From assembly GCA_015063495.1 (NCBI GenBank), contig SVUB01000003.1, positions 1-47,266 on the forward strand: DNA of 47,266 nt, read 5' to 3'. The notes under the pieces were generated by a model, which was given only the letters and a program-made list of their open reading frames with translations, had not been told where the DNA came from and did no database searches. Below are positions 35,289 through 42,458 of this stretch, one piece after another. Made by a program: the position numbers and the translations under genes. The stretch is from Oscillospiraceae bacterium (GTDB lineage: Bacteria; Bacillota; Clostridia; Oscillospirales; CAG-272). Position 1 is the first letter of the stretch. Each line of letters starts with the position of its first letter.

Positions 35289-36368
35289 ATGAGTTTTGCG
35301 AAATGGGCCGATTATCACGATTTACCGGCACAGCAAAAAAGAATTGAAAATGCTAAAAGTGCCAAAAATACACCTTTAGATATTTCCACAGAAGGTAAAT
35401 CCGGAAAATTCAGTGGCAGTCATGGTACATATTATGCTGCGCTTGAATATTGTGACTGCTTTGATTTTAAGAGTAGGAAACTGCCTTGTAAACATATGTA
35501 CAGGTTGGCTATGGAACTTGGGGAATTCGAGGGCAATGTTGAAAGCGATTTAAAACAGGTCAACCAACCATCCAAGAATTTAACAGCATCACCTTCGGCA
35601 AAAAACAAAGCTCTTTTGGATTTTGCGGAGATAATTGAGCCGAGACCTGATATGATTCCTTGGATTTGTAAATTGTTATATAGGGGAAGTGCAAATAATA
35701 CTTGCGTGTGCCTTGATATACAAGATGTTTCGTTTTTGATCGATAATGGACTTGTATCCGTAAGTAAGGATTACGTTCAAGTACTTGAAATATTTAGCCA
35801 AAGAAATCTCTTACTCCAAGTGCAAGAAGCTCGTATATACATACCTTCAGAATTAAAACTGAAACGAGATCAATATCAATGGTGCATGGATAATGCAGAA
35901 ACGGTCTGCAATATTCTCTATCCTAATGCGGGGATCCTTACACCAAACGGACTACTAACAGTCTCTCCGCATAAAATACAAGCTTTTGCATCACGCAGAG
36001 ATGCTCAGTTGAATTCTGAATTTCTCTATTGTGATAGTGAAGATGAAACTGTTAACAAGTTATTAAAAGAATATGCTCCACACAATAACAAAACAACTAA
36101 TGATGGTATATTTGAAAACAAGAATCTTGACGGCTTGAGCATTGCAATTACCGGTATTCTCCCCTCTTTGTCAAGGGAAGAAGCTGCTGAAATGATCAAA
36201 GAAGCCGGTGGAAGGTTGTCAGGCTCCGTTTCGAGCAAAACAGCATATTTGGTAGCAGGAGAAGAAGCCGGATCAAAGCTTCAAAAAGCACAGGAGCTGC
36301 GAATCCCGATTATAGGCGAAGCCGAATTACTTGACATTATCAAAAATAATAAAAAGAGCAAATCATAA
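35289..36368 (+). CDS. SWIM zinc finger + C-terminal BRCT domain protein
   Basis: CDC.DF..RKLPCKHMY SWIM motif; ITGILPSLSREEAAEMIKEAGG...SVSSKTAYLVAGEEAGSKLQKA LigA-type BRCT. Confidence 0.85.
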   Translation: MSFAKWADYHDLPAQQKRIENAKSAKNTPLDISTEGKSGKFSGSHGTYYAALEYCDCFDFKSRKLPCKHMYRLAMELGEFEGNVESDLKQVNQPSKNLTASPSAKNKALLDFAEIIEPRPDMIPWICKLLYRGSANNTCVCLDIQDVSFLIDNGLVSVSKDYVQVLEIFSQRNLLLQVQEARIYIPSELKLKRDQYQWCMDNAETVCNILYPNAGILTPNGLLTVSPHKIQAFASRRDAQLNSEFLYCDSEDETVNKLLKEYAPHNNKTTNDGIFENKNLDGLSIAITGILPSLSREEAAEMIKEAGGRLSGSVSSKTAYLVAGEEAGSKLQKAQELRIPIIGEAELLDIIKNNKKSKS

Positions 36369-36410
36369 AAACATATTCCCAAACGATTACGAATTTGAAA
36401 AGGAGAACGA

Positions 36411-38018
36411 ATGAGATCACAACAGAATATCATACAAGCTGCGATTCCTGCTGTGATCTACGCTCGTTTTTCGTCACACAAACAGCATGAAGAGTCGATA
36501 GAACAGCAGGTTGCAGAGTGCGAAGCATACGCTGCCACTAATGGCTTCAAAATAGTAGGTATATATTCAGATAGCGCAAAGACGGGACGAACTGACCGAC
36601 GTGCAGACTTTCAGAGACTTCAGCGTGATTCGAAAAAGGGAAAATTTCAAGCAATAATTGCATATAAATCAAATCGAATAGCTCGAAATATGCTTAACGC
36701 TATGGTATTTGAGAACGATATGGAGCGCATCGGCATCAGCGTGCTTTACGCAAAAGAGGAGTTTGGCAATAACGCAGCTGGGCGCTTTGCTCTCCGCACC
36801 ATGATGAACGTCAATCAGTTCTTCTCGGAAAATATGGGAGAAGATATAAAGCGAAGTCAAGCAGATAATGCTCAAAACTGCCTTGCAAACGGTCCGGCGT
36901 CTTATGGCTTCAAAACCGATGACGAAGGGCACTTCATAATAAATGAAGATGAAGCATCCATTATCCGTGAAATTGCAAAAAGGCTTGACAACGGAGAAGT
37001 GTTGTCGGAGATTGAGCGTGACTTTGATAAGAGAGGAATAAAAACACGCCGTGGCAATAGATGGACAGTAAGCTCACTTTACCGAGTTATACAAAACAAG
37101 CGGATCGCAGGATATTACATCTTCAATGATATCGAAATTAAAGGTGGTGTACCTGCCATTATAGACGAGGAGGTCTGGATCAGATTGCAACAAGGATTTA
37201 AGAAAAAGTTCCCCCGGGGAAAGAAGACAAAGGACGATGAATATCTACTCACCGGTAAACTTTTTTGCGGTGAGTGCGGAGATCATATGATAGGTATGTC
37301 GGGAACAGGTAAGAGCGGAACTGTCCACTATTATTATGTTTGCAGTAATAAACGAGGTGGGGGATCTTGCAAAAAGAAAAACGTTCGCCGTGAATATATC
37401 GAAAGCGAGATCGCACGCGGAATAAAGGAGTACGTTCTGCAACCCGATGTAATAAGTTGGATGGCTGATTCGGTAATCGAATATCAAAACTCCTGCAAAG
37501 ATAATCCCGATTATAAGAGGTTGAAGGACGAACTAACCGACGTTAAAAAATCTCTTAAAAATCTTGTCAGCGCTATAGAGCAAGGAATATTCAGCCCGGC
37601 GACCAAAACACGTCTCGATGAGCTCGAAACGAGGCAATGCGAAATAAAAGCTCAATTAAAAAATTACGAAAACGAAGCTTTCAGCGTTACACGAGAGCAG
37701 ATAATCGCATATTTTGAAAGTTTCAAAGACGGTGATATAGATGATAAGGATTTTCAAAAAACACTTTTTGATTCATTCGTAACAAAGATATACCTCTTCG
37801 ATGATCGCGTAAAGATAATTTTCGATTTTACCGACTCAAAGTACCGCGAGGTAGACTTTTCCCTCTCTGATGCCTCAATTTCCGAGGATGTCGGGGTTCG
37901 TCTATCCTCTCATTTGGGTCACCAAAAAACAAAAGAGACTGCAAAAGCAGTCTCTTTTTGTTTTTTGACGCCCTGTTTAGGGTCGACACAGCGCAGGGTT
38001 GAAAACAATATCGTTTAG
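36411..38018 (+). CDS. Large serine recombinase (prophage integrase)
   Basis: YARFSS catalytic Ser, recombinase domain, LTGKLFCGECG...YYVC...C zinc ribbon, coiled coil. Confidence 0.95.
   Translation: MRSQQNIIQAAIPAVIYARFSSHKQHEESIEQQVAECEAYAATNGFKIVGIYSDSAKTGRTDRRADFQRLQRDSKKGKFQAIIAYKSNRIARNMLNAMVFENDMERIGISVLYAKEEFGNNAAGRFALRTMMNVNQFFSENMGEDIKRSQADNAQNCLANGPASYGFKTDDEGHFIINEDEASIIREIAKRLDNGEVLSEIERDFDKRGIKTRRGNRWTVSSLYRVIQNKRIAGYYIFNDIEIKGGVPAIIDEEVWIRLQQGFKKKFPRGKKTKDDEYLLTGKLFCGECGDHMIGMSGTGKSGTVHYYYVCSNKRGGGSCKKKNVRREYIESEIARGIKEYVLQPDVISWMADSVIEYQNSCKDNPDYKRLKDELTDVKKSLKNLVSAIEQGIFSPATKTRLDELETRQCEIKAQLKNYENEAFSVTREQIIAYFESFKDGDIDDKDFQKTLFDSFVTKIYLFDDRVKIIFDFTDSKYREVDFSLSDASISEDVGVRLSSHLGHQKTKETAKAVSFCFLTPCLGSTQRRVENNIV
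37896..37924 (+). other. Putative attR: P-type half-site plus tRNA-Glu 3'-end core GGGTCACCA
   Basis: GTTCG-N15-GGGTCACCA followed directly by an intrinsic terminator; the core matches the 3' end of Bacillota tRNA-Glu (...CCCGTACGGGTCACCA). Confidence 0.65.
37922..37967 (+). terminator. Bidirectional intrinsic terminator
   Basis: AAAAGAGACTGC-AAAA-GCAGTCTCTTTT with A and T tails. Confidence 0.85.
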
Positions 38019-38082
38019 TTATAAACATTCCCTGCGCATGGGGACGTAACATTGGTAGTGCGCCGTGAAACGCGCACACCAA

Positions 38083-38100
38083 ATTCCCGTACGGGTCACC
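38083..38100 (+). other. tRNA-Glu 3' fragment (second att-like scar)
   Basis: ATTCCCGTACGGGTCACC, i.e. T-loop/T-stem/acceptor 3' part; upstream sequence does not form a tRNA. Confidence 0.75.
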
Positions 38101-38153
38101 TCTACCGCTCGGGGAACTTTATCGTTGTCTTCGGTTGCTATCATTGGTGTTTT

Positions 38154-38336
38154 TTAATCACAAACCCATTTGTTTCCGTTCTCATCAGTATAAGAATGTT
38201 CTGCATAAAATTCGTCATACGATTTTTGCGCTTCAAGCGGCGCCTCGGGGGTTAACTTATATCCTTTTTCACCATCGCTTGGATCATAGTAATACCATTT
38301 GGGATTTGTCATAAAATAAGGCTTGTTTTGATACAT
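38154..38336 (-). CDS. Small hypothetical protein (moron; immunity-like)
   Basis: KPYFMTNPKWYYYD...YKLTPEAP...SYDEFY; low GC; AAGGAAG RBS. Confidence 0.65.
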   Translation of the reverse strand: MYQNKPYFMTNPKWYYYDPSDGEKGYKLTPEAPLEAQKSYDEFYAEHSYTDENGNKWVCD

Positions 38337-38351
38337 TAAAATCTCTTCCTT

Positions 38352-38612
38352 TTAAATCGTATTAAAATCAACACAGCTCTCACCTTTTTCATTGCATATT
38401 TTTGCTTTCCTTAAACACCCCTGAAAAGAAGTCCGCCTTTTGGCATACATAACGTGTGTTTTACACCATTCGTAATCGCATGGAAGTTCATATCCTGCAA
38501 GCTCCTTGCTTTTTATATCCAAAACAAGCTTTATAGGCGTACCGCAATCTTCGACAAAATCATTACAAACAATTTTATTGTCATTTCTTGATATGTACCG
38601 AAGTTTTATCAT
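38352..38612 (-). CDS. Small hypothetical protein, paralog of 38686..38931 with divergent C-terminus
   Basis: Shared MI.L..I..NDN.I....F...D....E...Y.....YE..K.....A pattern. Confidence 0.55.
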   Translation of the reverse strand: MIKLRYISRNDNKIVCNDFVEDCGTPIKLVLDIKSKELAGYELPCDYEWCKTHVMYAKRRTSFQGCLRKAKICNEKGESCVDFNTI

Positions 38613-38685
38613 CGCACTTTTCTCATTTGTTAAATGCTCGATTCAGGAAGCCTTGCAAAATCGATTTCACCTTTTCTCTTCAATA

Positions 38686-38931
38686 TCAGTACCAAATCAC
38701 TTTTCTTTCAGCAGGAAGAGGATCAAGATGTGCAATTCTTAATAGATCGTTTTGAGCATGGTATAGAATGAATTTGTAATTTTCGTAACCATGTGCAACA
38801 GTATAACTTATTACTTCAGATGTTGCTACATCAACCTTTATATGTCCATTGATCTCTTCATTTTCAATGTCGGGAAAATAATCTGCTTCAATGATATTAT
38901 CGTTTTTAGTTATGTTTTTTAATATTATCAT
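38686..38931 (-). CDS. Small hypothetical protein (moron; immunity-like)
   Basis: 81 aa ending LPAERKVIWY; own promoter upstream. Confidence 0.7.
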   Translation of the reverse strand: MIILKNITKNDNIIEADYFPDIENEEINGHIKVDVATSEVISYTVAHGYENYKFILYHAQNDLLRIAHLDPLPAERKVIWY

Positions 38932-38979
38932 AATATCCCATTACTCCCTTGTTATAATGAATTTTTTCTATTGTTTTTG

Positions 38980-39008
38980 ATTATAGCACTTTCTCCATTA
39001 TTTTGCAA
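38980..39008 (-). promoter_or_regulatory. Sigma-A promoter for the three small genes
   Basis: TTGCAA (39008-39003), 17 bp spacer, TATAAT (38985-38980) with TG extension. Confidence 0.7.
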
Positions 39009-39037
39009 ACCTTTTTAATATAAAGTTGTCAAAACAT

Positions 39038-39619
39038 TCATTTCGATAAATCTTGTTTAACGAACTCCGCCATGTTGTGAACGAGATCGGCAAAATAGGG
39101 GTCTATATCCTCACGCTTAAGCCAGTATGAGGGAGTGTTGATGATTCCCTTCTTTGCAAGGACTTCGATGTCCTCTGCATACTGATTTTTTGCGGTATAA
39201 GTGCCCGTCTTGTTCGGTATCCCGAGAATGTCCTCGGGGTTTATCTTTTTAGAGCCGTTACGCACCTCAAAATGAAGATGCGCTCCAAAAGAATACCCCG
39301 TATTACCCATAACACCGAGCTTGTCCCCGGCTCTTACGGTCTGACCTTCGGTAACAGCACGGCTCGCAAGGTGACAGTAATAGTAATAGAGCCCGTCACT
39401 GCCGTGAACGCAGACGTAATTGCCCCACTGCCAAGTGGTATCGCTCTTGTCGGTGACTATGCGACTTCTGATGACCTTGCCGGGAACGGCAGCTACTACG
39501 TCATAAGAGCCGACGCCGACGAGGTCGTAGCCTCCGTGAAACTGCTTTGCGCCGTTCAGAACTCTGCTACCGTAAGCAGAAGTCACACGAACCTTATCAC
39601 AATTAAACGGTATTATCAC
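39038..39619 (-). CDS. M23 family peptidase endolysin
   Basis: HGGYD, YCHL, GNTGYSFGAHLHFEVR; short C-terminal LAKKGIINTPSYW domain; no signal peptide. Confidence 0.9.
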   Translation of the reverse strand: MIIPFNCDKVRVTSAYGSRVLNGAKQFHGGYDLVGVGSYDVVAAVPGKVIRSRIVTDKSDTTWQWGNYVCVHGSDGLYYYYCHLASRAVTEGQTVRAGDKLGVMGNTGYSFGAHLHFEVRNGSKKINPEDILGIPNKTGTYTAKNQYAEDIEVLAKKGIINTPSYWLKREDIDPYFADLVHNMAEFVKQDLSK

Positions 39620-39978
39620 TTGACCTCACCGCCCTCTATGTACCCGCTGACGTTTGCATTCTCCGCCCACTTCTTTTTGGCAAGTGCAAGACCGTCATCA
39701 ACCCACTTACCAAGACGCTCTGCAGATATAAACGTTTTGAGCACTCCCGGCAGTGCATTATATACCTTCTTAATAACGTAAGCCTGCTTCAGCTCACCCG
39801 TTCCCGAGCCGAACTGCTTTTCCGCCTCTGTCACAAGGCTGTAAAGTATCTTATAGACGATATTCTTCTGCCCTCTCACGTATAGAACGGCAAGTCCTAT
39901 GATAAAGCACAGAATGAGCAGAATGCTGTCCCAATGGGACGCAAGAAAATTAAGTATTGACATTTTATATACCTCCAT
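39616..39978 (-). CDS. Holin (LL-H-like)
   Basis: N-terminal TM helix; LVTEAEKQFGSGTGELK..YV. Confidence 0.8.
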   Translation of the reverse strand: MEVYKMSILNFLASHWDSILLILCFIIGLAVLYVRGQKNIVYKILYSLVTEAEKQFGSGTGELKQAYVIKKVYNALPGVLKTFISAERLGKWVDDGLALAKKKWAENANVSGYIEGGEVK

Positions 39979-39991
39979 TTTATTATTTTAG

Positions 39992-40333
39992 TCAAGTCTG
40001 GCCGTGTGCCTGTTTATTTAGGTGCTTTTCGAGCATACCATGAGCCTTAGTCACCTCTCCGTTGCACCCCTGCTGCTTTAAGCCATCAAGAGCGGCAAGC
40101 ATTGCGTAGCTGAGGACACAAAGCTCGTCCTTGACTACCTGCATATCCGCATTCTCCTTGTCCTTAAGCTCCTTCGTATCGGATATATGAAGTATTCGGA
40201 GAGTTTCGATGTCGGTCGTCTGCTTTTCCTGCTTCTGAAACCACTTTATGATGCGATATGCGACCGCCCATATAGCTCCAAGTGCACCGAGCAGAGCGGC
40301 AAACTTTATTATTACGTCAATATCGATCTGCAT
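39992..40333 (-). CDS. Lysis-module membrane protein (holin-associated)
   Basis: N-terminal TM helix; LAALDGLKQQGCNGEVTKA...HLNKQAH. Confidence 0.65.
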   Translation of the reverse strand: MQIDIDVIIKFAALLGALGAIWAVAYRIIKWFQKQEKQTTDIETLRILHISDTKELKDKENADMQVVKDELCVLSYAMLAALDGLKQQGCNGEVTKAHGMLEKHLNKQAHGQT

Positions 40334-40337
40334 TTTT

Positions 40338-40568
40338 TCATATTCCCTCCGCTTCTATCTCTGCCTTCACCGCTTCCTTACAAGCCTCGGCATATGCGTT
40401 GTACGCTTCAAACTCCTCGGGCTTACTGTCTCTTTGGCGGAGTATAGCAAGCTCGTCAGAGACCGAATAACGCTCTCTTATCTTCTTTTCTATCTCTCTG
40501 CCGTAGAAGGCGTTAAAAGCCTTCGGGCGAAGCTCTTTATTTTTCTTTGCAAGCTTTATAAATTTCAT
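40338..40568 (-). CDS. Small phage protein following the tail fibre (possible chaperone)
   Basis: IRERYSVSDELAILRQRDSKPEEFEAYNAYAEACK. Confidence 0.65.
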   Translation of the reverse strand: MKFIKLAKKNKELRPKAFNAFYGREIEKKIRERYSVSDELAILRQRDSKPEEFEAYNAYAEACKEAVKAEIEAEGI

Positions 40569-42217
40569 ACTGTTCCCTCCTCAAGCATATAGGTGACGCT
40601 GCTGTGGACTGCTCTGCCGTCCTCATTTTCAAAGACTATCTTTCCGCTCGGTGCGACCTCGATGAGATTATCTATATCCCCGAGCTTATCCGAGATGTCT
40701 TCCTCCACGGGATCTGCGAGGGCGTAAACGAGCATAACAGGATTTTCCGCAAGCCATGCTTCCCATTCCGTAACGGTGGGCTTGTCGGAAATGAAATAAA
40801 CCCTGTTAAGAGAATCATGGTCGCTGTAATAGCCGAGCTTTGCTTTAGTTCTTGCAAACACACCATCTTCATTTATAAAATGACTGCAAAAACTTGTCTG
40901 ATAACCTATAAGCTTCTCGGGCATTTTATGCTGATAACAATATATGCCTTCGGGATAACTTGAAACAGGGTACTTTTCCCAACTCTCACTACCTGTAAAT
41001 TCTACTATACCGACATTCTTCAAATATTTAAGGGCTTCAAAGTCCACAGTATTAGCATATTTATTGATTCCCATACCGTAACCATCAAGTTTTCTTACAG
41101 CTTCGGGCATCTCTATCGACGAGAGGATATTCCCCTCCGCATCCTTGCTTACGATAGCGGTGACGGGAGTATCTGCAAGCCCCTCAAAGTAAGGCTCGAA
41201 CGGAAGCGCTGTGCTACCTACGTTAAGCATAGGCTTTATCGTTATCGGAGTTTCTATAGCGACCCCGGTTAGTGCCGCTATCTTCAATTGTGTAAATGTG
41301 ACCGTCCCGGGTAGAGTGAACGTACATCCATCTCCGTTATCACTAAAGCTGTGGTCTCCTGTATTATCAGACAAATAAAGGGGCATAAGTCCGCTTCCCT
41401 TCGGCATTCCCGACAGAGTATAAGTACCCGCAGGGAGAGTAAGAGAGTGACACAGATTGGCAAACCCACCCACAGCCGTGCCTGTACCCACAGTTATAAC
41501 TCCACCATCAATCGTAAGGGGAAGTCCACCCACCATACTGCCACTCGCAACATCATACGGAAACGGTATAAGATTATTAGATCTATGCGTCATACCGCCG
41601 ACACTCTGAAGCTCCGCATAGGGGCATGCATTCGCAGGTACGGCTTTCTCGTATGCTACCGTCTCGTCCGTCTCGAAATATTCGGGCGCAACCTGGTGCT
41701 CAAGATTCTTTATGCGCTTATGGGCATTCTCAACACCGTACTTAAGCTCATCCGATACCGATTCATAGTCTGAAAGGATTGCTTCTGCGGTATCAGCACT
41801 CTTCTTTGCCTCCTCTGCCGCTTCCCCTGCCTTTTTGGCGACTCCGTATATCTGCGCTATGACAGATGGCGAGGGCTCCTTGCCCTTATCAAAGGGCTCT
41901 GCTCCCTCATTTATAACTCCGAGCATATTCCACTCTGTCGGCAGCTTTATTCCGTCCTCATCCGAGCCGAAAGCTCCTGCCCAAAGAACTTTTCCAGCGT
42001 TTTCGGGGGCAAGGACCTCAAAAGGGATTATGCAGTGGCCTTCGTTTGCAAGAACGCTCACCGACACGTCCCCCGCCTTGAAGACTGCCGTTTTTACAAG
42101 GCCCTCCCACTCCTCACTGAACAAAAAGTGAACCTTATAGACTTTACTTGCGCCCGTAACTATCGGTTCTCTTTCATTGACCTTTATAATAGATTTTTTA
42201 ACGTCAAGTTTAAACAT
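40565..42217 (-). CDS. BppU-like baseplate/receptor-binding protein
   Basis: N-terminal FLFSEEWEGLVKTAVF...CIIPFEVL BppU-like domain, helical linker, carbohydrate-binding-like LPAGTYTLS...PMLNVGSTALPFEPY, WLAENPVMLVYALA. Confidence 0.7.
   Translation of the reverse strand: MFKLDVKKSIIKVNEREPIVTGASKVYKVHFLFSEEWEGLVKTAVFKAGDVSVSVLANEGHCIIPFEVLAPENAGKVLWAGAFGSDEDGIKLPTEWNMLGVINEGAEPFDKGKEPSPSVIAQIYGVAKKAGEAAEEAKKSADTAEAILSDYESVSDELKYGVENAHKRIKNLEHQVAPEYFETDETVAYEKAVPANACPYAELQSVGGMTHRSNNLIPFPYDVASGSMVGGLPLTIDGGVITVGTGTAVGGFANLCHSLTLPAGTYTLSGMPKGSGLMPLYLSDNTGDHSFSDNGDGCTFTLPGTVTFTQLKIAALTGVAIETPITIKPMLNVGSTALPFEPYFEGLADTPVTAIVSKDAEGNILSSIEMPEAVRKLDGYGMGINKYANTVDFEALKYLKNVGIVEFTGSESWEKYPVSSYPEGIYCYQHKMPEKLIGYQTSFCSHFINEDGVFARTKAKLGYYSDHDSLNRVYFISDKPTVTEWEAWLAENPVMLVYALADPVEEDISDKLGDIDNLIEVAPSGKIVFENEDGRAVHSSVTYMLEEGTV
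41417..41708. repeat. Direct repeat copy 2 (pairs with 1..292)
   Basis: 283/292 identical by manual alignment; identity may extend further but copy 1 is cut by the window edge. Confidence 0.95.
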
Positions 42218-42358
42218 TATTGCTCCTTATTATTTGAGTTTTAGGCAAAGACATCGGGCACGGCATCACCCGTTTTCCTTTCCCCCGATAAGGAAATGAC
42301 CCGCTTTAATGCCTCTGTCTGCTCGCCCGAAAGCCGCCCCGTTCGGCTTTCCGAAACA
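42218..42358 (-). ncRNA. Candidate structured 5' leader
   Basis: GAAAGCCG/CGGCTTTC hairpin; nested TCGGGC/GCCCGA, GGCATTA/TGATGCC, TTTCCTT/AAGGAAA stems. Confidence 0.4.
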
Positions 42359-42387
42359 ATGATAACATATTGAAAAAAGCTTGTCAA
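42359..42387 (-). promoter_or_regulatory. Sigma-A promoter driving the orphan cassette
   Basis: TTGACA (42387-42382), 17 bp spacer, TATCAT (42364-42359) with TG extension. Confidence 0.75.
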
Positions 42388-42420
42388 ATCACCCCCCCTC
42401 CATTTTTGAAAATAGGACAC

Positions 42421-42454
42421 AAAAAAAGCCTTCGCACAATGTGCGAAGGCTTTT
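42421..42454 (-). terminator. Intrinsic terminator of the host ABC operon
   Basis: AAAAGCCTTCGCACA-n-TGTGCGAAGGCTTTT with a T-run on the - strand, right after the 42459 stop. Confidence 0.9.
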
Positions 42455-42458
42455 ACTC

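Larger units (their letters stand above)
1..37924. mobile_element. Prophage (temperate, contractile-tailed; lambda-like head plus P2/Mu-like tail), left end outside the window, right end at a putative attR inside the integrase gene
   Basis: Contiguous integrase, repressor/cro, replication, packaging, head, tail and baseplate genes in canonical order; tRNA-like att core at 37916-37924. Confidence 0.93.
38083..42387 (-). mobile_element. Orphan phage-derived tail + lysis + moron cassette (prophage remnant or domesticated module)
   Basis: Phage-type genes outside the putative attR, with no head, tail-tube or replication genes between them and the host ABC operon. Confidence 0.65.

Noticed and set aside
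1-37924. Stop-codon reassignment in the phage
   Set aside because: Core genes are full length and tightly packed under the standard code, and TAA, TAG and TGA all serve as stops.
36411-38018. Invertase-driven tail-fibre shufflon
   Set aside because: The recombinase is a large integrase type, and the two tail-gene copies are direct repeats 41 kb apart; no inverted crossover sites or reversed cassettes were seen.
38030-38101. Intact tRNA gene
   Set aside because: Only the last 18 nt match tRNA-Glu. There is no GGTTCG T-arm 5' side, anticodon arm or D-arm, and the end reads CCT rather than CCA.
38052-38255. Independent plus-strand gene
   Set aside because: It starts inside a hairpin without an RBS and overlaps the better-supported minus-strand gene 38154..38336. 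It is kept only as a possible displaced integrase tail.
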